Source of the DNA: Coriobacteriia bacterium
GTDB taxonomy: Bacteria; Actinomycetota; Coriobacteriia; Anaerosomatales; SLCP01
Reading direction: 5' to 3'
Length of the DNA stretch: 56,975 nucleotides
NCBI GenBank assembly: GCA_007125735.1
Contig: SLCP01000013.1
Coordinates: 1 to 56,975, forward strand
Every line of letters begins with the position of its first letter. Position 1 is the stretch's first letter. Under the pieces are notes generated by a model. It did no database searches. It was not told where the DNA came from and worked only from the letters and a program-made list of their open reading frames with translations. Below, piece after piece: positions 16,927-26,080 of this stretch. Both the position numbers and the translations under genes were made by a program.

Positions 16927-17442
16927 ATGAACCTCGAGACCTACATCCGCGATATCCCCGACTTCCCTAAAGATGGGATCGTCTTCAAGGACATCACGCC
17001 TTTGCTCGCGAGTCCTGATGGGTTCCGGCAGGCCATCGACACGATCGCGAGCGCGTTCGAGCAGGCTGGGGTGACAAAGGTCCTCGGTGCAGAGGCGCGT
17101 GGATTCATCTTCGGAGGAGCGCTCGCGTACAAACTCGGCGCGGGGTTCGTGCCTGCCCGCAAGCCCGGTAAGCTCCCGTGGCAGACCACGAAGGCCGAGT
17201 ACGCTCTCGAGTACGGGACTGATTCGCTCGAGATGCATCTTGATGCCATCGGTCCAGAAGACGTGGTGCTGATCGTCGACGACGTACTAGCCACAGGAGG
17301 CACGGCGGCGGCCAAGGGCAAGCTCGCGGCGAGCACCGGCGCGGCCGTCGCCGGCTACGCGTTCCTCATCGAACTCGACTTCCTCGGCGGGAGAGGGAAG
17401 CTCGAAGGCACGACCATCGTGTCGCTCATCCACGTCAGGTGA
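16927..17442 (+). CDS. apt: adenine phosphoribosyltransferase
   Basis: MNLETYIRDIPDFPKDGIVFKDITPLL..., PRPP motif VVLIVDDVLATGGTAAA. GGGAGG SD 6 nt upstream of ATG 16927. The ORF is open from 16666, but that extension is Arg/Ser/Cys-rich. Confidence 0.9.
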   Translation: MNLETYIRDIPDFPKDGIVFKDITPLLASPDGFRQAIDTIASAFEQAGVTKVLGAEARGFIFGGALAYKLGAGFVPARKPGKLPWQTTKAEYALEYGTDSLEMHLDAIGPEDVVLIVDDVLATGGTAAAKGKLAASTGAAVAGYAFLIELDFLGGRGKLEGTTIVSLIHVR

Positions 17443-17488
17443 GACGTCGAACAAGCGGTCAGACCAGGCAGAACGAACAGGGACCGGC

Positions 17489-18541
17489 TCAGGGGTCGAT
17501 CGCCTCGACGTACTCGACGTGGACCGTCGCCAGACCTGAGAAACCGAGGGCCTCGGCTGCTGCGCGCGACAGGTCGAGGTCGCGTCCGGCGATAAAGGGC
17601 CCGCGGTCCGTGACCACGACCACGATCCGGCGATCGCCGCGCGTGAGCGCGAGACGGGTGCCGAAGGGCAGCGTGCGCGAAGCGGTCGTGAAGTCGTTCT
17701 GGTTGTAGATCTGGCCGCACGCGGTCATTCGGCCGTGGAACTCGTTGCCGTACCACGAGCAGAAGGCGTACTCCGTGATGCCGAGGGAGCGGTACCTTCG
17801 GGGATGGTACTCGGACACCAGGTATACGCGATCGGTGTAGGGCTCGACGACCCCGGGCACTTTCGCCACCGGGTCGTCGAGGGGCACCGATGCGGCAAGC
17901 CACTCGGCACGCGTCTTGGTATGGGCGTCCCGACGGACCTGCAGTACACGCTGGGACTCCTCGGTCAGGCGGGCTACGAGGGCTTGCTGTTCGTCGAGCG
18001 CACGGTCGAGTTCTCCGCGCGTCTGACGCAGGATCTGGCGCAGCGCGATGTCTTGCGCTTTGAGGTCATCGAGGTAGTTCGCTTGGAACTCAGCCTCGGC
18101 TGCAGCGATAGCGGCTGACTCGAGAACGTGGCGGTCGCGCTGTGCGATACGCGAGAGCATCAGGAGGCGCGTGTAGAAGTCCGACATGGTGTCGGCGGTC
18201 AGCAGGATCGTGATCGGGTCGTTGACGCGGGACTTGTACATGCTGACTATGCGGGACCGGTACGTGTGGTTCGCCTCTTGCAGTTCGCGGCGGGCGTCGG
18301 CAAGCACGTCTTGTTGCACGAGGATGCGCATGTTCGTGACGGCGATGCGCTCCTCGAGAGCGATCGACTCCGACCGGTGGTCTTCGATGGCCTGCTCGAG
18401 ATCGAGGGCGCGCTGGGTGGCCTCGTCGAGGGCTGGGGAGGCAGTCTCTGTCGCCGGGCGCGCGATGGCGCCGCCGGCCGAGACCGCGCCGGGCAGGAGG
18501 AGTGCGGCGATGAGGAGAGCGATCGTCGGAGAGCGTGACAT
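17489..18541 (-). CDS. secreted coiled-coil protein with C-terminal RlpA-like double-psi beta-barrel (lytic transglycosylase-type) domain
   Basis: Signal peptide, then about 230 aa of CwlO/PcsB-like coiled coil (RIVSMYKSRVNDPITILLTADTMSDFYTRLLMLSRIAQRD). DPBB core CSWYGNEFHGRMTACGQ...VVVVTDRGPFIAGRDLDLSRAAAEALG. Confidence 0.7.
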   Translation of the reverse strand: MSRSPTIALLIAALLLPGAVSAGGAIARPATETASPALDEATQRALDLEQAIEDHRSESIALEERIAVTNMRILVQQDVLADARRELQEANHTYRSRIVSMYKSRVNDPITILLTADTMSDFYTRLLMLSRIAQRDRHVLESAAIAAAEAEFQANYLDDLKAQDIALRQILRQTRGELDRALDEQQALVARLTEESQRVLQVRRDAHTKTRAEWLAASVPLDDPVAKVPGVVEPYTDRVYLVSEYHPRRYRSLGITEYAFCSWYGNEFHGRMTACGQIYNQNDFTTASRTLPFGTRLALTRGDRRIVVVVTDRGPFIAGRDLDLSRAAAEALGFSGLATVHVEYVEAIDP

Positions 18542-18591
18542 GCGCGACCTCTCGGCGATAGGACCTCACGTGGGTGCGTACCTGCGACGAT

Positions 18592-18601
18592 ATGATATCA
18601 T
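18592..18601. promoter_or_regulatory. 10-bp perfect palindrome ATGATATCAT giving TGA-TATCAT extended -10 elements on both strands (divergent hydrolase promoters)
   Basis: Located in the 135-nt divergent gap. On either strand it reads TG-n-TATCAT, placed 40-75 nt upstream of both start codons. Confidence 0.35.
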
Positions 18602-18676
18602 GAAGGGCGTATCGACCGGATGTCGCCTTACGGCGGCGCGGCCTCGGACGCTGACCACAACGTAGCAGGAGGAACC

Positions 18677-19849
18677 GTGCGCATCACAGCCGGGATACCG
18701 CGCGCAGCGTTCGCGCGCATCACCGTCGCCGGATTACTGCTGGTGATGACGGCCAGCGGTGTAGGCTACGCGACCCCCTCGACTCCCGAGATCGACTCCG
18801 TGCGCGATAGGGTACGCGAGGCGCAGTCCGAGCGAGATGAGCTCGCCGCCCTCGCTGAACTGCGTGGCGAGGAGTACGCTCAGATCGCGGCGGCGCTCTC
18901 GGAGACCAAGACGCACGTCGAAGTCGTGCGGGTCGAACGCGCCGACGCCGAGCACGCCGTCGAGCAAGCGCAAGAGCGACTCGAGAACCGCGTGCATGGC
19001 ATGTACCGCAACGGGTCGACACACATACTCGAGGTCCTCCTCGGCACCACATCATTCGAGGACTTCCTGACGCGCGTCGAGTGGCTGCGCCGTATCGGCG
19101 ACAGCGACGCTGCCCTCGTGGCGGCGGTGCGGGAGGCACGAGAGCGTGCGGTCTCGGCAGAGCAGACGCTGAATCGGCGCATGGAGGAGCAGACCCAACT
19201 GCGCGCGCAGGCCGAGGCCAAGAAGCGCGAAGTCGATGCGGCCCTCGCGCAGCAACAGCGGTTCCTCGACGAGCTCGACGCCGAGGTAGCCCGTCTGGTG
19301 GCCGAGGAAGAAGAGCGATTGCGTCGGGAGGCCGAGGAGCGCGCGAGGATCGCCGCGGAAGAGGCGCGCCGGGCTGCCGAGCGTGCGGCGGCCGCGTATG
19401 GCGGAGCGAACGAGACACGGCCCGCAGCCGCCAACGACCGCACGTTCGATCCCTCGGCCCTCGGTGCAGGCAATCATGCCGCGGTGACCATCGGCATGCA
19501 GTACCTCGGCGTGCCATACGTGTGGGGAGGGTCGACGCCGGCAGGGTTCGACTGCTCGGGACTCGTGCAGTACGTCTATCGCGAACTGGGGATCGCGCTG
19601 CCACGGACGAGCCGGGAGCAGTTCCGCGTGGGTGCTTACATCCCGCCGGACCGCCGGGACCTCATGCTCCCTGGCGACCTCGTGTTCTTCGGGTACGGCG
19701 GCGATCCTAATCGCGTGCATCACGTCGGGATCTTCGTGGGCGGCGGGGACTACTTGCACGCTCCGATGCGGGGTCAACCCGTCCAGGTCCAGTCCCTGGA
19801 CGCCCGCATTTCGAACCGCGGCGACTTCGTGGGGGCGACGCGGCCCTAG
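18677..19849 (+). CDS. NlpC/P60 family peptidoglycan endopeptidase with N-terminal CwlO/RipC-like coiled coil
   Basis: GTG 18677 with AGGAGGA SD; the ORF is open from 18620. Signal/TM segment, coiled coil (RVHGMYRNGSTHILEVLLGTTSFEDFLTRVEWLRRIGDSD). Catalytic GVPYVWGGSTPAGFDCSGLVQYVY...HHVGIFVG...LHAP. Confidence 0.85.
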   Translation: MRITAGIPRAAFARITVAGLLLVMTASGVGYATPSTPEIDSVRDRVREAQSERDELAALAELRGEEYAQIAAALSETKTHVEVVRVERADAEHAVEQAQERLENRVHGMYRNGSTHILEVLLGTTSFEDFLTRVEWLRRIGDSDAALVAAVREARERAVSAEQTLNRRMEEQTQLRAQAEAKKREVDAALAQQQRFLDELDAEVARLVAEEEERLRREAEERARIAAEEARRAAERAAAAYGGANETRPAAANDRTFDPSALGAGNHAAVTIGMQYLGVPYVWGGSTPAGFDCSGLVQYVYRELGIALPRTSREQFRVGAYIPPDRRDLMLPGDLVFFGYGGDPNRVHHVGIFVGGGDYLHAPMRGQPVQVQSLDARISNRGDFVGATRP

Positions 19850-19861
19850 CGGCAGCCGCTG

Positions 19862-19870
19862 TGGTATCAT
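19862..19870 (+). promoter_or_regulatory. candidate extended -10 promoter element TGGTATCAT upstream of iorA
   Basis: TGn-TATCAT lies 51 nt upstream of GTG 19921. No clear -35. Confidence 0.3.
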
Positions 19871-19920
19871 CCGTCCAATCATCACGACGTCTCGTCCCTG
19901 CTCACGTTGGAAGGTGCCCT

Positions 19921-21672
19921 GTGTCGCATACCCTTCTTTCTGGCAACGAAGCGGCGGCTCGCGGTGCGTGGGAGGCTGGCGCTACGGTAGGCGCCGGCTA
20001 CCCTGGTACGCCGTCGACGCAAGCGCTCGAAGTGTTCGCTCGCATGGACGGCGTTTACGCCGAGTGGTGTCCCAACGAGAAGGTCGCTCTTGAGGTCGCG
20101 GCCGGTGCGAGCATGGGCGGCGCCCGCTCCTTCGTGACTACCAAGCACGTAGGGGTCAATGTCGCCGCCGATCCGCTCATGACGCTCGCGTATACGGGTG
20201 TGGGTGCAGGCCTCGTACTGTGGGTGGCCGATGACCCCGGGATGCACTCGTCGCAAAACGAGCAAGACTCGCGCAACTGGGGACCCTTTGCGCGCGTCCC
20301 GGTGCTCGAGCCGTCAGACAGTGCAGAGGCGCTGACGTTCGTGCGCGAGGCGTTCGAGCTTTCCGAGCGCTTCGACACCCCTGTCATCGTACGGGTCACC
20401 ACGCGTATCGCGCACTCCAAGGGTGCGGTCGAGGCCGGCGAGCGCTTGGAGCGCGAGGACGCGCGCCCCTACGAGAAGGATCTCGGCAAGTGGGTGATGA
20501 TGCCGGCGATGGCGCGCGCGCGGCGGTCGAGCGTCGATGAGCGCGTCGAGCAGATGACCCGCTTCGCCGAGGAGACGAAGCTGAACCGCGTGGAGATGCG
20601 CGACACAGCACTCGGCATCGTGACCTCCGGGGTCTGTTACCACCACGTGCGCGAGGTTGCACCTGACGCATCCGTGTTCAAGCTCGGACTCTCGTATCCG
20701 GTGCCGGGCGAGGCACTGAGAGGGTTTGCGGGCTCCGTCGACCGTGTGGTCGTGGTCGAGGAGGCAGACCCGTACCTGTACTCGAGGTTGAGGATCGAGG
20801 GGGTCGAGGTCGACCCTATACCTCTGCCTCACGCCGGAGAGCTGACGCCCGGACTCATCGGCCGCGCCCTCGGGCATCCGCAGCCGGAAGTCCGCGAAGC
20901 CATCGATGTGCCCCCGAGACCGCCGCTCATGTGTCCGGGCTGCCCGCACCGCGGCGCGTACTACGCCCTCAAGAAGGCGAAGGCGATCGTCATGGGCGAC
21001 ATCGGCTGCTACACCCTCGGTGCCCTGCCACCGCTCGCAATGATGGACTCGTGCGTGTGTATGGGTGCGAGTGTCGGCATGGCGCACGGCATGACGCTCG
21101 CCGGCCACGGCTCAACGAGACCGGTCGTCGCGGTCATCGGCGACTCGACGTTCGTCCACTCGGGGATCACGGGTCTTTCGGATGCCGTGTACAACGGCGG
21201 ATCGGCGACCGTCTGCATCCTCGACAACCGGATCACGGCGATGACGGGTCACCAGCACAATCCCGTCACCGGGAAGACACTGCAGGGCGCCGACGCCGTC
21301 GAGATGGACCTCGAAGCACTCGCTCGCTCCCTCGGTGTCGAGCGGGTGAGAACCGTCGACCCGCACGATCTCGAAGCGTCGGTCGAGGTGGTCCGCGAGG
21401 AGGTCGTCGCGGATGAGGTCAGCGTCATCGTCTTCCGCGCACCGTGCGCCTTGCTCATCAAGGAGCCCGAGCAGCCCTATGCGGTCGATGACGAAGCATG
21501 TACCGCCTGCGGGGCGTGCATCCAACTCGGATGCCCTGCGATCAGCACCGTGGAAGGCCGGAAGGCCTCGATCGACATCACGCTCTGTGTCGGCTGCGGC
21601 GACTGCGTTCAAGTGTGCCGCTTCTCGGCGATAGAGCTGACCGGGCCGGCGTGCGACATCGGAGGTGTGTGA
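19921..21672 (+). CDS. iorA: indolepyruvate:ferredoxin oxidoreductase subunit alpha
   Basis: LLSGNEAAARGAWEAG...GYPGTPST. TPP site GDIGCYT...IGDSTFVHSGITGL...ILDN. Two C-terminal 4Fe-4S motifs CTACGACIQLGCP and CVGCGDCVQVC. GTG 19921 with GGAAGG SD; the ORF is open from 19861. Confidence 0.85.
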   Translation: MSHTLLSGNEAAARGAWEAGATVGAGYPGTPSTQALEVFARMDGVYAEWCPNEKVALEVAAGASMGGARSFVTTKHVGVNVAADPLMTLAYTGVGAGLVLWVADDPGMHSSQNEQDSRNWGPFARVPVLEPSDSAEALTFVREAFELSERFDTPVIVRVTTRIAHSKGAVEAGERLEREDARPYEKDLGKWVMMPAMARARRSSVDERVEQMTRFAEETKLNRVEMRDTALGIVTSGVCYHHVREVAPDASVFKLGLSYPVPGEALRGFAGSVDRVVVVEEADPYLYSRLRIEGVEVDPIPLPHAGELTPGLIGRALGHPQPEVREAIDVPPRPPLMCPGCPHRGAYYALKKAKAIVMGDIGCYTLGALPPLAMMDSCVCMGASVGMAHGMTLAGHGSTRPVVAVIGDSTFVHSGITGLSDAVYNGGSATVCILDNRITAMTGHQHNPVTGKTLQGADAVEMDLEALARSLGVERVRTVDPHDLEASVEVVREEVVADEVSVIVFRAPCALLIKEPEQPYAVDDEACTACGACIQLGCPAISTVEGRKASIDITLCVGCGDCVQVCRFSAIELTGPACDIGGV

Positions 21673-22268
21673 TGAGCGCGACCACGACCGTCGTTCTTGC
21701 AGGCGTCGGCGGCCAAGGCACCATTCTCGGTGCAGACGTACTGGCCAAGACGGCGATGGCAGCCGGGCTCGACGTCAAGCTGTCCGAGGTTCACGGGATG
21801 GCTCAGCGCGGCGGCGCGGTCGACACGGTGGTGCGCTTCGGGGAGGCGGTCGCGTCGCCACTGACCGACCCGGGCCACGCAGACCACCTTGTCGCCTTCG
21901 AACTCACCGAGGCCGCACGGATGATCGGGGTGCTGAAGGCGGGAGGACGACTCGTCGTGAACACGCGCGTCATCGACCCGCTGCCCGTGCTCATCGGCCA
22001 GGTCGAGTCGCCTGAAGGCCTCGAGGGCAGGCTCGCCGAGGAGGGCGCGACGTTCCTCGACGCCGAGGCGCTCGCGTGCGACGCGGGAAGCCCGAAGTCT
22101 GCGAATATCGTACTGCTGGGAGCGGTCTCCACCGGACTGTCGTTCCCGGTCGAGTTGTGGCGTGAGGTCATCGCCGAGCGGGTGCCGCCGGCGACGGTAG
22201 ACGTGAATCTTCACGCGTTCGAGTTGGGACGTCGCGCGTGCGGCGAGGGAGGGGAGTGCTTGCTATGA
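21672..22268 (+). CDS. iorB: indolepyruvate:ferredoxin oxidoreductase subunit beta
   Basis: ATG overlaps the iorA stop (TGATG). VVLAGVGGQGTILGADVLAKTAMAAGLDVKLSEVHGMAQRGGAV. Confidence 0.8.
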   Translation: MSATTTVVLAGVGGQGTILGADVLAKTAMAAGLDVKLSEVHGMAQRGGAVDTVVRFGEAVASPLTDPGHADHLVAFELTEAARMIGVLKAGGRLVVNTRVIDPLPVLIGQVESPEGLEGRLAEEGATFLDAEALACDAGSPKSANIVLLGAVSTGLSFPVELWREVIAERVPPATVDVNLHAFELGRRACGEGGECLL

Positions 22269-22681
22269 AGGTGCAGCAGCTGTCGGTATTCATAGAGAAC
22301 AAAGCAGGCCGTGTAAGCGAGGTGACCGAACTGCTCGGCGGGGCCGGTATCAATATTCGTGGATTTGCAGTCTCCGATACGGCAGAATACGGGATACTGA
22401 GGCTTGTCGTGGACAAGCCAGATGAGGCGCTCGGTGTGCTCAAGGAAGCGGGTTTCACGGTCAAGCAGAACGAGGTCATCTGCATCGACCTGCCGGACCA
22501 GCCCGGGGGGCTCGCCCAAGTCCTCAAGATCGTCGCCGAAGCCGGGGTCAACATCGAATACGTGTATTCACTGGTCGCGACGTACGTCGTGCTCAACGTG
22601 GCAGACGTCGATCGCGCTGTCAGGCTCCTCGCGGACCAGCCGGTCCGGCTCGTGGCGCAAGAGGAGATATCACGGTTCTGA
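22265..22681 (+). CDS. ACT domain-containing protein, copy 2
   Basis: ATGA overlap with iorB. MKVQQLSVFIENKAGRVSEVTELLGGAGINIRGF...DQPGGLAQVLKIVAEAGVNIEYVY. Clear paralogue of 5705-6142. Confidence 0.75.
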   Translation: MKVQQLSVFIENKAGRVSEVTELLGGAGINIRGFAVSDTAEYGILRLVVDKPDEALGVLKEAGFTVKQNEVICIDLPDQPGGLAQVLKIVAEAGVNIEYVYSLVATYVVLNVADVDRAVRLLADQPVRLVAQEEISRF

Positions 22682-22735
22682 CCGGTACGCGCACGGCGTA
22701 TCGGAGGAGCGGGAGTGTAAGGGAGGTAGGGGCAC

Positions 22736-23947
22736 ATGGCAGGAGCGAGAGGGCACTTCGCACTGCTGGTCGCGCTGCTGGTCGCGATCGCCGTCGTGCC
22801 GGTGTCGGGTTGTGCGACCGATGCCGGGCCGGGAGACGACGGGGCGACGGACAACGGTGAAGCTGCGACTGGGGAACCCTACCGCATCGGGGCGGTGCTG
22901 TCGCTAAGCGGCACACTTGCGGGACTAGGGGAGCCGGAGCGTAACACCATCCTCATGGAGGTGGAGCGCATCAACGAAGCCGGCGGAGTCAATGGTCGTC
23001 CGATCGAGGTACTGATCGAGGACGACGCGAGTGACGCGGAGACCGCGGTCGCGGTGACGTCGCGTCTCATCGAGCGCGAGAACGTCGTCGCGCTTATCGG
23101 CGCCACCGGCACCGGTGGCACCATGGCGATGCGCCAGGAGGTCGACCGCGCAGGCCTTGTGCAGGTCTCGGTCGCGGGTGGCACGGTGATCACCGCGGAC
23201 TTCCATCCGTACGTGTTCCAGACGCCGTGGTCGAACAGCATCGTCGTGCCGTTCACGCTGGCGTACCTGCAGGACCAGGGTATCAGCAGAATCGCGCTCA
23301 TCGCCGATTCCGGTGGGTTCGCCAAGGACGGCGTGGACGTCATGAAGGACCACTTGGGTGACTTCGATGTCGAGATCGTCGCCGAGGAAAGCTTCAACCC
23401 GGGTGATGCGGACATGACGAGTCAGCTCACCAAGATCCGCGCTACCGACGCCGAGGCGGTCGTGCTTTGGAATGCCGGCGCCGAGGCGGCTACGGTCGCC
23501 AAGAACATGGCCGCGCTGAACTTCGACATCCCGCTCTTCGGGAGCCACGGCAACGCCCGTGTCGAGTTCATCGAGGGTGCAGGCGACGCGGCCGAGGGCT
23601 TCCGCTTCGCGGCGGGCAAGGTGCTCGTTCCCGAGGCGTATGGCGAAGGCACGCCGGAGTACGAGGTGGCAACCGATTTCATCGAGCGCTACACGGAGCG
23701 ATTCGGGAAGGCGCCGGACACGTTCGCCGGTCACGCCTACGACGCGCTCTACCTGATCGTCGAGGCCATGCAGCGCTTGCCCGAGGAGTTCACCTCGGCA
23801 GATCTCCGTGATGAGATAGAGGCGACGAGCGGGTTCGTCGGCATCGGCGGGACGTTCACGTTCTCGCCCACCGATCACAACGGCATGACCGAGGACAATC
23901 TCGTCATGTACGACATACGCGATGGGGAGTGGATACTCGCCGAGTAG
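22736..23947 (+). CDS. ABC transporter substrate-binding lipoprotein (HAAT / LivJK-type, Peripla_BP_6), copy 1
   Basis: Lipobox VSGC. YRIGAVLSLSGTLAGLGEPERN...INEAGGVNGRPIEVLIEDDASD. AAGGGAGG SD. Confidence 0.85.
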   Translation: MAGARGHFALLVALLVAIAVVPVSGCATDAGPGDDGATDNGEAATGEPYRIGAVLSLSGTLAGLGEPERNTILMEVERINEAGGVNGRPIEVLIEDDASDAETAVAVTSRLIERENVVALIGATGTGGTMAMRQEVDRAGLVQVSVAGGTVITADFHPYVFQTPWSNSIVVPFTLAYLQDQGISRIALIADSGGFAKDGVDVMKDHLGDFDVEIVAEESFNPGDADMTSQLTKIRATDAEAVVLWNAGAEAATVAKNMAALNFDIPLFGSHGNARVEFIEGAGDAAEGFRFAAGKVLVPEAYGEGTPEYEVATDFIERYTERFGKAPDTFAGHAYDALYLIVEAMQRLPEEFTSADLRDEIEATSGFVGIGGTFTFSPTDHNGMTEDNLVMYDIRDGEWILAE

Positions 23948-23985
23948 GCGAGTCGACGCACCGCTATGACAGGGGAGGGATCCGG

Positions 23986-25188
23986 ATGAGCAGGAGTCTC
24001 GGAACGCGCATGACACGCTTGATCGTGTCGGTATGCATCGTCGCGCTGACGGTGCCGACGTTCCTCATCGGCTGTGATGGGGACAGAGACACCGATGGCG
24101 AGGCGGTGCGTATAGGCGCTGTTCTCTCGCTCACCGGATCCCTCGCTGGTCTCGGGGAGCCGGCCCGTCGCGCGATCGAGGTCGAGGTCGAGCGTATCAA
24201 CGATGAGGGCGGCGTGAACGGCCGTCCCGTCGAAGTGCTCTTCGAAGACGACGCGAGCGACGAGGCTCGTTCAGTGGCCGCAGCGAGTCGTCTCATCGAT
24301 CAAGAGGGCGTTGTAGCGATCATCGGCGGTAGCGGGACCGGTCAGTCGATGGCGATGCGCCAGGAGATCGAACCCGGTGAGGTCCCACAGGTCGCACTCG
24401 CAGGCGGCTCTGTCGTCACCGACGAGTTCAGCCCGTGGGTGTTCCAGACACCGTGGCCCAACAGGGTCGTCGTGCCCTTCACGCTCGAGCATCTCCAGGC
24501 CGAAGGAATCGAGAGACTCGCGATCATCGCCGAGTCCGGGGGGTACGGCAAAGACGGGTCCGACGTGACCAAGGCTCTCGTCGATGACTTCGGTATCGAG
24601 ATCATCGCTGAAGAACAGTTCAATCGCGGCGACACCGATATGACCCCTCAGCTCACGAAAATCCGCGCCGAGGCGCCTGACGCCGTCCTGATGTGGGCTG
24701 CCGGCGCCGAGGCCGCGACCATCCTCAAGAACAACGCGGCAATCGGCGGAGCCAGCCCGATGCGCTTCTTCGGAGCTCCCGGCAACGCGCGTCTCGAGTT
24801 CGTCGAGGGGGCCGGCGAGGCCGCTGAGGGTTTCGTGTTCGCTGCTGGCCACATCCTCGTCCCCGAGACGTACGGAGTGGGCACCGAGGCCTATGAGGTT
24901 GCCACCGGTTTCATCGATCGGTACACGGAGCGGTGGGGTGAGGGCCCGGACATCTTCGCGGGGCACGCCTACGACGCGATCCACATCATCGTCGAGGCCC
25001 TGCGCAGACTGCCTGCAGAGTTCACGCCGGCTGACGTACGTGACGAGATCGAGGCGACGAGCGGGTTCGTCTCCGTAGGAGGCACGTTCACCTTCTCGCC
25101 GACCGACCACAACGGCATGACCGCGGAAGACCTGACCATGTACATCATCGAAGACGGAGCATGGAAGCCGCTCGAGGAGGTCCGTTAG
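23986..25188 (+). CDS. ABC transporter substrate-binding lipoprotein (HAAT / LivJK-type), copy 2 (tandem paralogue)
   Basis: Lipobox LIGC. VRIGAVLSLTGSLAGLGEPARR...INDEGGVNGRPVEVLFEDDASD. Collinear with copy 1 along its full length. ATG 23986 with AGGGGAGGG SD. Confidence 0.85.
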   Translation: MSRSLGTRMTRLIVSVCIVALTVPTFLIGCDGDRDTDGEAVRIGAVLSLTGSLAGLGEPARRAIEVEVERINDEGGVNGRPVEVLFEDDASDEARSVAAASRLIDQEGVVAIIGGSGTGQSMAMRQEIEPGEVPQVALAGGSVVTDEFSPWVFQTPWPNRVVVPFTLEHLQAEGIERLAIIAESGGYGKDGSDVTKALVDDFGIEIIAEEQFNRGDTDMTPQLTKIRAEAPDAVLMWAAGAEAATILKNNAAIGGASPMRFFGAPGNARLEFVEGAGEAAEGFVFAAGHILVPETYGVGTEAYEVATGFIDRYTERWGEGPDIFAGHAYDAIHIIVEALRRLPAEFTPADVRDEIEATSGFVSVGGTFTFSPTDHNGMTAEDLTMYIIEDGAWKPLEEVR

Positions 25189-25192
25189 CAGC

Positions 25193-26074
25193 GTGGGTGG
25201 CGTCGAACTGCTGCAGTTCGCTCTTGCGGGCCTGAAGAACGGCGCCATCTATGCGCTCGTGGCACTCGGCTTCACGTTGGTGTACGCAGCCACCGGAGCG
25301 ATCAACTTCGCCCAAGGCGAGTTCTACATGCTCGGAGGGATGCTCTCCGTCTGGGCGTATGCCGGCCTCGGCCTACCGCTGCCCGTTGCCGGGCTGGTCG
25401 GTGTCGCACTCACGGCGGTCGTGGGAGGCGTGTTCGAGTTTCTCGCTGTGCGGCCACGCAAAGACGGGGACCTGCTCGCCATCATCATCATCACGGTCGG
25501 TGGATCGATGGTGTTGTCCTCCGCTGCCCGTCACCTGTTCGGACCTCTCGAAAAGGCGCTGCCCGCGTTCAGCGGTACCGGCACCGTGTCCATCTTCGGT
25601 GCGGTACTCGAGATCCAGTCGCTGTGGATCCTCGGACTGACGACGCTTGCGGTGCTCGCGCTGTGGTACCTGTACAACCGCACGAGTCTCGGACGAGCCA
25701 TGCGCGCATGTGCAGTCAACCGCGACGCTGCCCGTCTCGTGGGCATCGACCCGCGCAAGATCGTCACGGTCAGCTTCGTGCTCGCCGCGGCGCTCGGGGC
25801 GCTCGCGGGCCTCGCCGTCACCCCGCTCACACAGACCGCGTTCGATGTTGGCCCCTCCGTGGGCATCAAAGGGTTCGCTGCGGCCATCCTCGGCGGTCTC
25901 GGAAACCCGATCGCTGCCGTCGCCGGTGGCATCGTCCTTGGCATGCTCGAGAGCCTGTCGATCGCGTTCATCTCCTCCACGTACAAGGACGCTATCGCGC
26001 TGGTGGTGTTGCTCGGCGTGTTGTTCTGGCGTCCGCAGGGCATCTTCGGAGCGTCGCGGCGGGAGAAGGTGTAG
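25193..26074 (+). CDS. livH: branched-chain amino acid (HAAT family) ABC transporter permease, LivH-type
   Basis: 293 aa polytopic protein, LKNGAIYALVALGFTLVYAATGAINFAQGEFYMLG. Confidence 0.85.
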   Translation: MGGVELLQFALAGLKNGAIYALVALGFTLVYAATGAINFAQGEFYMLGGMLSVWAYAGLGLPLPVAGLVGVALTAVVGGVFEFLAVRPRKDGDLLAIIIITVGGSMVLSSAARHLFGPLEKALPAFSGTGTVSIFGAVLEIQSLWILGLTTLAVLALWYLYNRTSLGRAMRACAVNRDAARLVGIDPRKIVTVSFVLAAALGALAGLAVTPLTQTAFDVGPSVGIKGFAAAILGGLGNPIAAVAGGIVLGMLESLSIAFISSTYKDAIALVVLLGVLFWRPQGIFGASRREKV

Positions 26075-26080
26075 CCGGGC

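Noticed and set aside
18542-18676. Possible ydaO (c-di-AMP) riboswitch in front of the NlpC/P60 and RlpA-like hydrolase genes, as found upstream of cell-wall hydrolases in other Actinobacteria.
   Set aside because: The 135-nt gap must hold two promoters and two SDs, which is too short for the aptamer of about 130-150 nt. No conserved ydaO core sequences were seen.
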